This document shows, piece after piece, positions 1-8,144 of a stretch of DNA of 40,359 nucleotides (position 1 is the stretch's first letter; each line of letters starts with the position of its first letter). Origin of the DNA: Bacteroidia bacterium (GTDB lineage Bacteria > Bacteroidota > Bacteroidia > 2-12-FULL-35-15); contig JAEUTT010000353.1 of assembly GCA_016787165.1 (NCBI GenBank), positions 1 to 40,359 of the forward strand, given 5' to 3'. The notes beneath the pieces are model-generated. The model had not been told where the DNA came from, did no database searches, and worked only from the letters and a program-made list of their open reading frames with translations. A program made the translations under genes and the position numbers.

Positions 1-540
1 CCAGATGTTTTAAAAGCAGAAAGAGAAACAGTTGAGTTAGATGAAGCAGAATGGAAAGAAGTAAAAGATGCTGTTAACAAAGGGGTTGATGCCTTTCAAA
101 AGTTTAGAGATGATGAAGGCAACATTCTTCGAAATGAATTAAACAATAGGATAAGTACAATTGCAAAGCTGCTGAGCGAAGTTTTAAATTTAGATGCTGC
201 ACGTGTTACAAATATTAAGAGCAGAATAAAAAATAATATTGAAGAAGTAATAGATGTAAATAAGATAGACCAAAACAGATTTGAACAAGAATTAATTTAT
301 TACATCGAAAAATTAGATATTACTGAAGAAAAATTACGATTAAAAACACATTTAGATTATTTTATAGAAACGATGAAAGAGCCAGCTGCAGGAAGAAAGC
401 TGGGCTTTATTTCTCAAGAAATTGGTAGAGAAATCAACACAATTGGTTCAAAAGCAAACGATGCCACAATTCAAAAGCTGGTAGTGCAAATGAAAGATGA
501 GTTGGAAAAAATAAAAGAACAACTGTTGAATGTTTTGTAA
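1..540 (+). CDS. yicC: YicC family stress-induced protein, C-terminal part (5' end lies outside the window)
   Basis: Frame 1 is open from the window edge to TAA at 538-540. The ORF track misses it because there is no in-window start. The translation ends ...KLRLKTHLDYFIETMKEPAAGRKLGFISQEIGREINTIGSKANDATIQKLVVQMKDELEKIKEQLLNVL, which matches the conserved YicC C-terminal (DUF1732) signature. yicC next to gmk is a common arrangement. Confidence 0.8.
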   Translation, partial: PDVLKAERETVELDEAEWKEVKDAVNKGVDAFQKFRDDEGNILRNELNNRISTIAKLLSEVLNLDAARVTNIKSRIKNNIEEVIDVNKIDQNRFEQELIYYIEKLDITEEKLRLKTHLDYFIETMKEPAAGRKLGFISQEIGREINTIGSKANDATIQKLVVQMKDELEKIKEQLLNVL

Positions 541-566
541 AATTTAGAAATGGTTTTAAGGACTTT

Positions 567-743
567 GTCATTGCGAGGAACGAAGCAATGTGTAAAACAG
601 ATGTTATAGCATGTGAAAAACAAATTAAAGCCGGGTCAAGAAACAATAAAATAGAATTAATAAAGAAAACAAACCCAACGTGGAAGGATATTTCGGAGGC
701 TTTTGAGTAGAGATTGCTTCTGTCGTTCCTCCATCGCAATGAC
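567..743. repeat. Imperfect GC-rich inverted repeat pair flanking about 123 bp in the yicC-gmk spacer
   Basis: The left arm gtcattgcgaggaacgaagcaat (567-589) is the reverse complement of the right arm attgcttcTGTCgttcctcCAtcgcaatgac (713-743), apart from two short insertions. A related half-site, gtcatttcgaccagagggagaaatc, lies at 15603-15627. Confidence 0.4.
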
Positions 744-748
744 AAAAT

Positions 749-1312
749 ATGGAAGGTAAATTAATCATATTTTCAGCGCCATCCGGAGCAGGTAAAACAA
801 CTATTGTTCATCACTTGCTAAAAGTATTTCCCGATTTGGAATTTTCTGTTTCGGCATGCAGCAGAGAAATGCGCAAAGGAGAAGAGTTTGGTGTTGATTA
901 TTATTTTTTATCAGTAGAAGAATTTAAAGAACGAATAGCTAACAATGAATTTATAGAATGGGAAGAGGTGTATAAAGATAATTTTTACGGAACATTAAAA
1001 TCCGAAATTGAGCGTATTTGGAAAAAAGGGAAACACGTGATTTTTGATGTAGATGTGATAGGCGGGTTAAATTTAAAAAAGCAATTTGGCAAGCAAGCAT
1101 TGGCTGTTTTTGTGATGCCACCAAGTATTGACCACTTAGAAAAAAGATTAAAGTCAAGAGAAACAGAAACACCCGAAAGTATTGCAAGAAGAATAGGAAA
1201 AGCAGAAGAAGAACTTAAAACAGCCAATCAGTTTGATAAAATAGTATTGAATGATAATTTAGAAAATGCGTTTGAACAAGCAGAGCGATTAGTTGAAGAT
1301 TTTTTAAAATAA
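749..1312 (+). CDS. gmk: Guanylate kinase
   Basis: 187 aa with the P-loop FSAPSGAGKTT near the N-terminus. The length and overall sequence are typical of Gmk. ATG at 749, TAA at 1310-1312. Confidence 0.95.
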   Translation: MEGKLIIFSAPSGAGKTTIVHHLLKVFPDLEFSVSACSREMRKGEEFGVDYYFLSVEEFKERIANNEFIEWEEVYKDNFYGTLKSEIERIWKKGKHVIFDVDVIGGLNLKKQFGKQALAVFVMPPSIDHLEKRLKSRETETPESIARRIGKAEEELKTANQFDKIVLNDNLENAFEQAERLVEDFLK

Positions 1313-1318
1313 AAAAGT

Positions 1319-2338
1319 ATGGCAAAAATTTTAACCATAGATATTCATACACACATACTTCCAGAACACATTCCTCATTGGAAAGAAAAATTTGGATATG
1401 GTGGTTTTATTCAATTGGACCATCATAAACCTTGTTGTGCAAAAATGATACGTGATGACGGAAAATTTTTCAGAGAAATTGAAGACAACTGCTGGAGTGC
1501 CGAAAAAAGAATACATGAATGCAACCACCATCATGTAGATGTACAAGTACTTTCAACGGTTCCTGTAATGTTTAGTTATTGGGCAAAGCCTCAAGATTGT
1601 TTGAACCTATCCATGTTTTTGAATGATCATATTGCCGATATTGTTCAACGTTTCCCCAAACGATTTATAGGTTTAGGAACCATTCCGATGCAAGCGCCTG
1701 ATTTAGCAATAAAAGAATTAGAACGTTGCAAAAAAATAGGTTTGGTTGGAATTCAAATAGGAACAAACATTAATCAAGAAAATTTAAATGAGCCTAAATA
1801 TTTTGAACTATTTAAAGCTTGTGAAGAATTAGGAATGGCTGTATTCATCCATCCATGGGAAATGATGGGAGAACAAACTATGCAACGCTATTGGTTACCC
1901 TGGTTGGTAGGGATGCCTGCAGAAACTACACGTGCTATTTGTTCATTGTTGTTTGGTGGAATAATGGAACGATTGCCGAACTTAAGAATTGCTTTTGCAC
2001 ATGGAGGAGGTTCTTTCCCTGCTACTATTGGAAGAATAGAACATGGATTTAATTGCCGCCCCGATTTAGTTGCCATCGATAATAATATTAACCCGAGAGA
2101 ATACTTAGGTAAATTTTGGATTGATAGTTTGGTGCATGATGAACAAATGTTAGATTTTGTGGTGGGTATGTTTGGTGCAAACCGTGTAGCATTAGGAACC
2201 GACTATCCTTTTCCTTTAGGAGAATTAGAGCCGGGTAAATTAATAAAAGAAATGCCGTACGAAAAAGATGTAAAAGAATTGCTTTTGCATGGTGCAGCAT
2301 TGGAATGGCTTAATTTGAAGAGAGAACAGTTTATATAA
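1319..2338 (+). CDS. 2-amino-3-carboxymuconate-6-semialdehyde decarboxylase (ACMSD)-like amidohydrolase
   Basis: 339 aa. It has the metal-binding DIHTHILP motif at the N-terminus. The blocks STVPVMFSYWAKP, YWLPWLVGMPAETT, FAHGGGSFP and LGTDYPFPLGELEPGKLI are near-identical to what I recall of human ACMSD. Only 6 bp separate it from gmk. Confidence 0.85.
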   Translation: MAKILTIDIHTHILPEHIPHWKEKFGYGGFIQLDHHKPCCAKMIRDDGKFFREIEDNCWSAEKRIHECNHHHVDVQVLSTVPVMFSYWAKPQDCLNLSMFLNDHIADIVQRFPKRFIGLGTIPMQAPDLAIKELERCKKIGLVGIQIGTNINQENLNEPKYFELFKACEELGMAVFIHPWEMMGEQTMQRYWLPWLVGMPAETTRAICSLLFGGIMERLPNLRIAFAHGGGSFPATIGRIEHGFNCRPDLVAIDNNINPREYLGKFWIDSLVHDEQMLDFVVGMFGANRVALGTDYPFPLGELEPGKLIKEMPYEKDVKELLLHGAALEWLNLKREQFI

Positions 2339-2410
2339 TAGTTTCACTACTTACAGTACTTGTATTTCCCTTAATTTTTCTTACTTTCGTTTTAGGATAA
2401 ACAACAAATT

Positions 2411-3757
2411 ATGTTCGTTTTAAGAACACCTTTTATCGATAAAACATTTCAACTTACTTTCAAACACTGTTTGATAGTTCTATTTCTTTTTTTAATATCT
2501 CATACAACTGTAGTAAAAGCACAAGCACCCGGAATGTTAGAATTTTCGGGCAAGGCGGTGAAAAATGGAAGTGCTTTGCCCGGTGCCACCGTTACTGTTT
2601 ATAGAAATGGGATTACTCAGCAGGAGCAAATAAAAACAGGAAAGAATGGTAAGTTTCGTTTTTACTTGGTATTTGGCGTTGATTATAAAATAACCTTTTC
2701 TGCCCCCGGATGTGTAGATATGTATTGCTTGGTATACACCGGCAAATTGTCGAAAGATAGAGGTGATTTATTCCCACTTTATCAAGCCGATATTCCTTTT
2801 CATGATGTAAATACTTTAGGTGTAAGAGTAGATAAATATAAAAACCCATTTACAAAAATTGTGTACGATGGTAAAAAAGCGTTTAAAGACGATGAATCAT
2901 ACTTAGCTAATTTTTTAAAAGACATTGTTATTGAACCTGCCGAGCAAGCAAAAATAGCTGCCGAAAAAGATGCAAAAGAATTAAAAGAAAAACAGGATGC
3001 TGAAGACAAACTCAAAAAAGAAGTGGAAGAAAAAGCCAAAAGAGAAGCAGCCTTGTTAGCAGAACAAAAAGCAAAAGAAGATGCTCTGAAAGAAGCCGAA
3101 TTAGCACGTTTGAAAGCGGAGTCAGAAAAAGTAAAAACTTCGGAATCACAAAGCATGGAAACTGATGCGATAAAGCTACAACGTGAAAAAGCATTGAAAG
3201 AACAACAAGCCAAGAAGAACAAAGAAATTAAAACAAATTATGAAAATGATTTATTAAAAATGGTTGCCGAAAATGAACGTTCGGCAAAACAAAAAGCATT
3301 TGTTGCACAAAAACAAGAAGCACGAGCTAATACTGTTATTGAACAAATGAGAAGAGAAAATGATTTAAAAGCAAAAGCAGATAAGCTAATTGAAGAACAA
3401 AAAGCAAAGCAAAAACAAACACTGGAAAACAAACAGTACAAAAATATTCAAATGCGTAAACTAGTAGAAGCAGCAGCTTTTGCAGAACGTTCGGTAAAAA
3501 TTGGCAATCAAAAAACATTACCAGATGTTAAAGAGTATAATCGAAAGCAAGCGCCAGACGTGTTGGTAACAATTGATGAAGGTTTTTTTAAAACAGTTAG
3601 AACAACAGTAGTTGTTCTTCCATCAAAAAAGATGGACACTTACCGAAAAGAAACGTATATGTGGGGAACTGTTTATTGTTATAAAAATGAGGACTTGATT
3701 CAAGAGACGATTTACAATATTGAAATAGATTATTTTTTGTCGTACATAAGTAAATAA
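2411..3757 (+). CDS. Secreted or membrane-anchored protein: carboxypeptidase-regulatory-like beta-sandwich, long K/E/A-rich coiled coil, small C-terminal domain
   Basis: The hydrophobic N-terminus CLIVLFLFLISHTTVVKAQA looks like a signal peptide or anchor. GKAVKNGSALPGATVTVYRNG...GKFRFYL is a CarboxypepD_reg-like motif. About 200 aa of heptad-like E/K/A sequence follows (roughly nt 2930-3500). The next gene starts 8 nt downstream. Confidence 0.6.
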   Translation: MFVLRTPFIDKTFQLTFKHCLIVLFLFLISHTTVVKAQAPGMLEFSGKAVKNGSALPGATVTVYRNGITQQEQIKTGKNGKFRFYLVFGVDYKITFSAPGCVDMYCLVYTGKLSKDRGDLFPLYQADIPFHDVNTLGVRVDKYKNPFTKIVYDGKKAFKDDESYLANFLKDIVIEPAEQAKIAAEKDAKELKEKQDAEDKLKKEVEEKAKREAALLAEQKAKEDALKEAELARLKAESEKVKTSESQSMETDAIKLQREKALKEQQAKKNKEIKTNYENDLLKMVAENERSAKQKAFVAQKQEARANTVIEQMRRENDLKAKADKLIEEQKAKQKQTLENKQYKNIQMRKLVEAAAFAERSVKIGNQKTLPDVKEYNRKQAPDVLVTIDEGFFKTVRTTVVVLPSKKMDTYRKETYMWGTVYCYKNEDLIQETIYNIEIDYFLSYISK

Positions 3758-3765
3758 CATTTTTA

Positions 3766-6700
3766 ATGAATTTGAAAATGATAAAAAAGAAATTAATACA
3801 CATGAGTTTGCTATTGTTCATAGTACTATGCAACAATACTTTTTCGCAAACAACAAGTTTTATCCATTATGGTGTTGAGCAAGGATTATCGCAATCGCAG
3901 GTACAAGATATTACACAAGATGATGAAGGTAATTTGTGGATTGCAACGTTATCGGGCTTAACAAAATACAATGGAAAAGAATTTAAAATATTTTCGAGAA
4001 AAGATTCATTGGCTGAAGATTGGGTAACAACACTTTATAAAGATAAAACAGGAAATATTTGGATGGGGCATTGGGCGGGAGGTGTATCGATGTATAACTT
4101 TAAAACAAAAAAAATTGAAAATTTAAATTTAGAAGAATTTACTCGATTTAAAACTGTTACTTCTATTATTCAAGATAATCAAAATAGATATTGGATTTCT
4201 ACCGAAGGTGCAGGTTTGTTTGTGTATGATCCATTGAATAAAAAAATGATTTCAATAACAAGTAAAGATGGATTGAGTAGCGATAATGTGTATGATATAT
4301 GTGTTGATCAAAAAGATAACATTTGGATTGCAACAGATATTGGAATAACCATTTATGATGTAAAACAAGATATAACAGCTAAAAAATCATACAGTTTTTT
4401 GAACATTGGCAATGGATTGCACAGCAATAGAATTACAACCTTGTCGTTAATTAATTATAATGAAATATGGGTAGGTAGTGCTGATGAAGGAGTAATGGTG
4501 TTAAAAATTTCAGATAATTTTATAGTAAAACAAGTTGCAAAATCAATTGAAGGTGCTGGTCAGAAATTAAATACCAAAAATGGATTAGGCTCAAATTTTA
4601 TTAATTGTATCATTGAAGATAAAGCACACAATGTATGGATAGGAACTGTTGGTGGTGGAGCAACCAAATGTGTTCCTTTTCCTTCAAAAGATAGGGTTGA
4701 AGCATTGTCAAAAGCATTATTGTTTAATTACAACACCAAGCAAGGCTTAAATTATTTTAATGCAAATGCATTGTTTCAAGATAGAGAAGGAAGTGTTTGG
4801 ATAGGAACAGATATTGGGTTAAATCAATACCGTGGGGAGCGATTTCAGTTATATGATGAAAGTGATAGCTTGGTGAATAACCTTGTATGGACAACACTTT
4901 GTGATAGAGAAGGAAACATTTGGCTAGGAACAAATGCCGGAATTTCTAAAATAACATTTGATTATTCACCAATAAATAAAAAACAAAACCATCGAATAAA
5001 AAGCTATTCTACTAAAGATGGATTGAGTAGTAATGTTATTCTTTCATCATTTGAAGACAAAGAAGGAAATCTGTGGTTTGGAACCGGCTTTGGTGGGGTT
5101 TCAAAATTTGATATTAAAACAAAACGATTTCAAGTATACAACAAACAAGACGGTTTGGCTGGCGATATTGTATACGCCATTAGCGATGATAATAAAGGGA
5201 ATATTTGGTTTGGAACAAAAGAAGGAGTATCCCGATTAGATCTAAAAGAGGGAACATTCAGAAACTACTCTATTGCCGATGGATTGGGCGGAAACAATGT
5301 GTATCGAATTTTTAAAGATAGCAAAGGTAATTTATGGTTTGGTGCTTTGGGTGGAGCATTGTCCATGTTTGATGGCTCAAGCTTTAAAACATTTACTGAA
5401 GTGGATGGTATTCACCATCGCTTTATTTTATGTATCAATGAAGATAAAAATCATCATTTATGGTTTGGTGCTTATGGCGGTGGTTTGTATAAATACGATG
5501 GAAAAACGTTTACAAACTTTACTGTAAAAGAAGGTTTGACAACCGATTCTCCTTATTCTATAATTTCGGATAATAATGGCAGAATTTGGATTAGCTCTAG
5601 TAGAGGAATTGATCGATTTGATGTAGATGCCAATCGGTTTTATCATTATGGAAAATCAGAAGGTTTTTTGGGTGTTGAAACAAATCCGAATGCTGTATGT
5701 ATTGACAAAGAAGGGAACCTCTGGTATGGAACCATTATGGGAGCTGTTAGGTATAGCTCAAAAGAAGATAAATTAAATACCATTGAACCACAAACAGCTA
5801 TTACGGGATTAAAGCTATTTATGAATGATGTTCCTTTTCCGGATGATGCTCGTTTTTCATATAATCAAAATCATTTAACATTTAAATTTATTGGAATTAG
5901 TTTAAGTAGTCCCGAAAAAATTCGTTATCAATATAAATTAGAAGGGTTTGATAATGATTGGCTTCCTGGTTATACCACACTCAATGAAGCCGTTTATACT
6001 AATTTGCCTCCAGGCACTTATACCTTTATGGTTCGCGCATGTAATAATGATGGTACTTGCAATATTCATCCTGTTACTTATAAATTTTATATAGCACCAC
6101 CTTTTTGGCAAACGGTTTTGTTTTACATATTGGTAGTAGTGTTTGCACTATTCGGATTATTTGTGTTTGATAAATTTAGAACAAGAAAATTAACTCAAGC
6201 TAAAAAAATGTTAGAAGAAAAAGTGGAAGAGCGCACACAAGAGCTTGCGGTTAAAAATGCAGAGCTTGCAGAAAAAAACAAAGACATTACCGATAGTATT
6301 AGATATGCAAAACGAATTCAAGATTCGATTCTTCCTTCAGTAGATAATGTTCAAAAATATTTACCTAATTCATTTATATTTTTTAAACCAAAGGATATTG
6401 TAAGTGGTGATTTTTATTGGGTAGATAAAAAAGGAGAGAATGTATTGTTTGCTGCAATTGATTGTACCGGACATGGAGTACCCGGTGCATTTATGAGTAT
6501 TGTTGGTCACGATATTTTAAATCAGGCAATGAAAGATCTTACCAGAATAACACCTGCTGAGCTATTGGATATATTAAATAAAAATTTGAGCGAACGATTA
6601 AATCAACATACGGATGAAACCAAACTAAGAGATGGAATGGATATAGCATTGTGTATGATAAATTTTAAAACACTTGAATTACAATATGCAGGAGCGTATA

Positions 6701-7038
6701 ATCCATTGTTCATTGTTCGTGGTAATGAGTTGTTAGAAACAAAAGCAGACAATATTGCCATTGGTAGTTATACTGATTCACATCTTGAACGGTTCAATAA
6801 TAACACTATAAAACTTCAAAAAGGCGATACAATTTATGTGTTTACGGATGGTTATGCAGATCAGTTTGGCGGAGCAGAAGGGAAAAAATTTAAAATCAAT
6901 CAGTTAAAATCAATGCTGATTAATTTGGATGGTGTGCCTATGAGTCAGCAAAGAATAGCACTTGAAAAATCGATAGAAGAATGGCGAGGGGCATTGCAGC
7001 AAGTGGATGATATGCTGGTGATAGGTGTTAGAATATAA
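3766..7038 (+). CDS. Sensor protein phosphatase: periplasmic two-component-regulator propeller repeats, Y_Y_Y domain, TM helix, coiled coil and SpoIIE/PP2C phosphatase domain
   Basis: 1090 aa with an N-terminal signal sequence. There are many repeats of the G(N/S)(I/L)W(I/F)GT...GL type (Reg_prop). The Y_Y_Y region is RYQYKLEGFDNDW...YTNLPPGTYTF (about nt 5800-6095). A TM helix VLFYILVVVFALFGLFVF sits at about 6112-6168. The PP2C/SpoIIE motifs are SGDFYWV, AAIDCTGHGVPGAFMS, DGMDIAL and VFTDGYADQFG (about 6300-7035). Confidence 0.85.
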   Translation: MNLKMIKKKLIHMSLLLFIVLCNNTFSQTTSFIHYGVEQGLSQSQVQDITQDDEGNLWIATLSGLTKYNGKEFKIFSRKDSLAEDWVTTLYKDKTGNIWMGHWAGGVSMYNFKTKKIENLNLEEFTRFKTVTSIIQDNQNRYWISTEGAGLFVYDPLNKKMISITSKDGLSSDNVYDICVDQKDNIWIATDIGITIYDVKQDITAKKSYSFLNIGNGLHSNRITTLSLINYNEIWVGSADEGVMVLKISDNFIVKQVAKSIEGAGQKLNTKNGLGSNFINCIIEDKAHNVWIGTVGGGATKCVPFPSKDRVEALSKALLFNYNTKQGLNYFNANALFQDREGSVWIGTDIGLNQYRGERFQLYDESDSLVNNLVWTTLCDREGNIWLGTNAGISKITFDYSPINKKQNHRIKSYSTKDGLSSNVILSSFEDKEGNLWFGTGFGGVSKFDIKTKRFQVYNKQDGLAGDIVYAISDDNKGNIWFGTKEGVSRLDLKEGTFRNYSIADGLGGNNVYRIFKDSKGNLWFGALGGALSMFDGSSFKTFTEVDGIHHRFILCINEDKNHHLWFGAYGGGLYKYDGKTFTNFTVKEGLTTDSPYSIISDNNGRIWISSSRGIDRFDVDANRFYHYGKSEGFLGVETNPNAVCIDKEGNLWYGTIMGAVRYSSKEDKLNTIEPQTAITGLKLFMNDVPFPDDARFSYNQNHLTFKFIGISLSSPEKIRYQYKLEGFDNDWLPGYTTLNEAVYTNLPPGTYTFMVRACNNDGTCNIHPVTYKFYIAPPFWQTVLFYILVVVFALFGLFVFDKFRTRKLTQAKKMLEEKVEERTQELAVKNAELAEKNKDITDSIRYAKRIQDSILPSVDNVQKYLPNSFIFFKPKDIVSGDFYWVDKKGENVLFAAIDCTGHGVPGAFMSIVGHDILNQAMKDLTRITPAELLDILNKNLSERLNQHTDETKLRDGMDIALCMINFKTLELQYAGAYNPLFIVRGNELLETKADNIAIGSYTDSHLERFNNNTIKLQKGDTIYVFTDGYADQFGGAEGKKFKINQLKSMLINLDGVPMSQQRIALEKSIEEWRGALQQVDDMLVIGVRI

Positions 7039-7040
7039 AA

Positions 7041-7077
7041 CCTCAACCTTCTTGTTTTTTCAATCAGAAGGTTGAGG
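7041..7077. terminator. Bidirectional stem-loop between convergent genes
   Basis: A perfect 12-bp stem, cctcaaccttct (7041-7052) with agaaggttgagg (7066-7077), encloses a 13-nt T-rich loop. It sits 3 nt after the + strand stop codon and 12 nt before the - strand stop codon. Confidence 0.6.
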
Positions 7078-7088
7078 CATAATAAAGC

Positions 7089-8021
7089 TTATTGCTTAAT
7101 TAATTTTTGCATTGACGACTTTCCATCAATTGTTAAATTAATAAAATACATTCCTGAGCTATAGCTACTCATATCAATTGACAATTGTTGTAATCCTGAA
7201 ACTTTACCATAGTTAGTATTACTAATTAATGTGCCATCAATACTATATAAAGCAAGTTCAACATTTGCTTCTTTTTCTACATTAAAAATAACATTGGAAA
7301 TATCGTTCATTGGGTTAGGATAAACTTTTACTGTTTGATTATTTCCAAGTACTTCGTTTAATCCTACTGTAGCAACATAAGAAAATGAAACATCATCTAC
7401 CCAAAAAGAAGCTGTATCATCTGCTGGAAAAAGGTCAATAGCATATACATTATTGATTAATGGATTCCATGTTCCTAATGAACTGCTATTTAACAATAAA
7501 TCCCACGTGTTTGAAGTTAAATTAGCAACAATGGAAACTTCAAACCAAGTATCAAAAGGATATACACCAGAAACAACAGCATTTTGACCTTCAAATAAAT
7601 CAATGAACCCTCCTCTCATAAAACATTCAAAAACATATTGATTACCCATTGTAGCATTTCCTTGAAAATTAAAGTAGGCCGATTTACCACTTGGTATTTT
7701 TAACCACATGGAGTATGTTAATTGTCCGGTAGTTAAAGGTGTTGCATTAAAAGGCAAAACAACATCTTGTGGTCCACCATTAGTACTTGTAGAAGAAAAA
7801 TAAATTGATTTGGAGCCTCCGGATGTATGATTGTCTGTTGTAATTACATATACATCTTCGGCTCCACCACCAGTAGTGCTACTCCATGTACGCCAAGGGC
7901 CAGATTGTATTCCTAAATAGGTTGTGGTATTGTATGATTCAAAATCATCTGAAAATGTTTGTGCATTGCTGTTAAGCGCAAAAAACAAACATGAAATTAA
8001 GAGTGTAGCATTTTTTTTCAT
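7089..8021 (-). CDS. Secreted protein with a T9SS type-A C-terminal sorting domain; the N-terminal region may be a lectin or jelly-roll-like domain
   Basis: Signal peptide MKKNATLLISCLFFALNSNAQ. The C-terminal 80 aa (nt 7092-7331), VKVYPNPMNDISNV...GMYFINLTIDGKSSMQKLIKQ, fits the Por_Secre_tail / TIGR04183 pattern. Confidence 0.75.
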   Translation of the reverse strand: MKKNATLLISCLFFALNSNAQTFSDDFESYNTTTYLGIQSGPWRTWSSTTGGGAEDVYVITTDNHTSGGSKSIYFSSTSTNGGPQDVVLPFNATPLTTGQLTYSMWLKIPSGKSAYFNFQGNATMGNQYVFECFMRGGFIDLFEGQNAVVSGVYPFDTWFEVSIVANLTSNTWDLLLNSSSLGTWNPLINNVYAIDLFPADDTASFWVDDVSFSYVATVGLNEVLGNNQTVKVYPNPMNDISNVIFNVEKEANVELALYSIDGTLISNTNYGKVSGLQQLSIDMSSYSSGMYFINLTIDGKSSMQKLIKQ

Positions 8022-8104
8022 TTTTTTATTGTTAGGGGGTTAGACATAGCTAATATATAAAAAAATGAATAAAAAGAACTTAGCAGTTTATTTAGCAATG
8101 GAAT

Positions 8105-8133
8105 AAAAAAGCCCCTCCTTTTTAAGGAGAGGC
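8105..8133 (-). terminator. Rho-independent terminator downstream of the carboxyltransferase gene
   Basis: The minus strand reads gcctctcc-ttaaaaa-ggaggggc-tttttt. That is an 8-bp stem with one G-U pair followed by a T6 run, starting 12 nt after the stop codon. Confidence 0.6.
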
Positions 8134-8144
8134 ATGGCCTTTAT

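Noticed and set aside
434-745. 103-aa minus-strand ORF spanning the yicC 3' end and the spacer
   Set aside because: It overlaps the well-supported YicC C-terminus in antisense. The rest of it is translated from the inverted-repeat arms (SLRWRNDRSNL / IASFLAMT). No family resemblance.
2800-3222. 140-aa minus-strand ORF, plus 3012..3194, 3238..3441 and 3336..3518
   Set aside because: These lie antisense to the K/E/A-rich coiled-coil region. GAA/AAA/GCA-rich codons give stop-poor S/F/A/C-rich antisense frames, so this is a compositional artefact.
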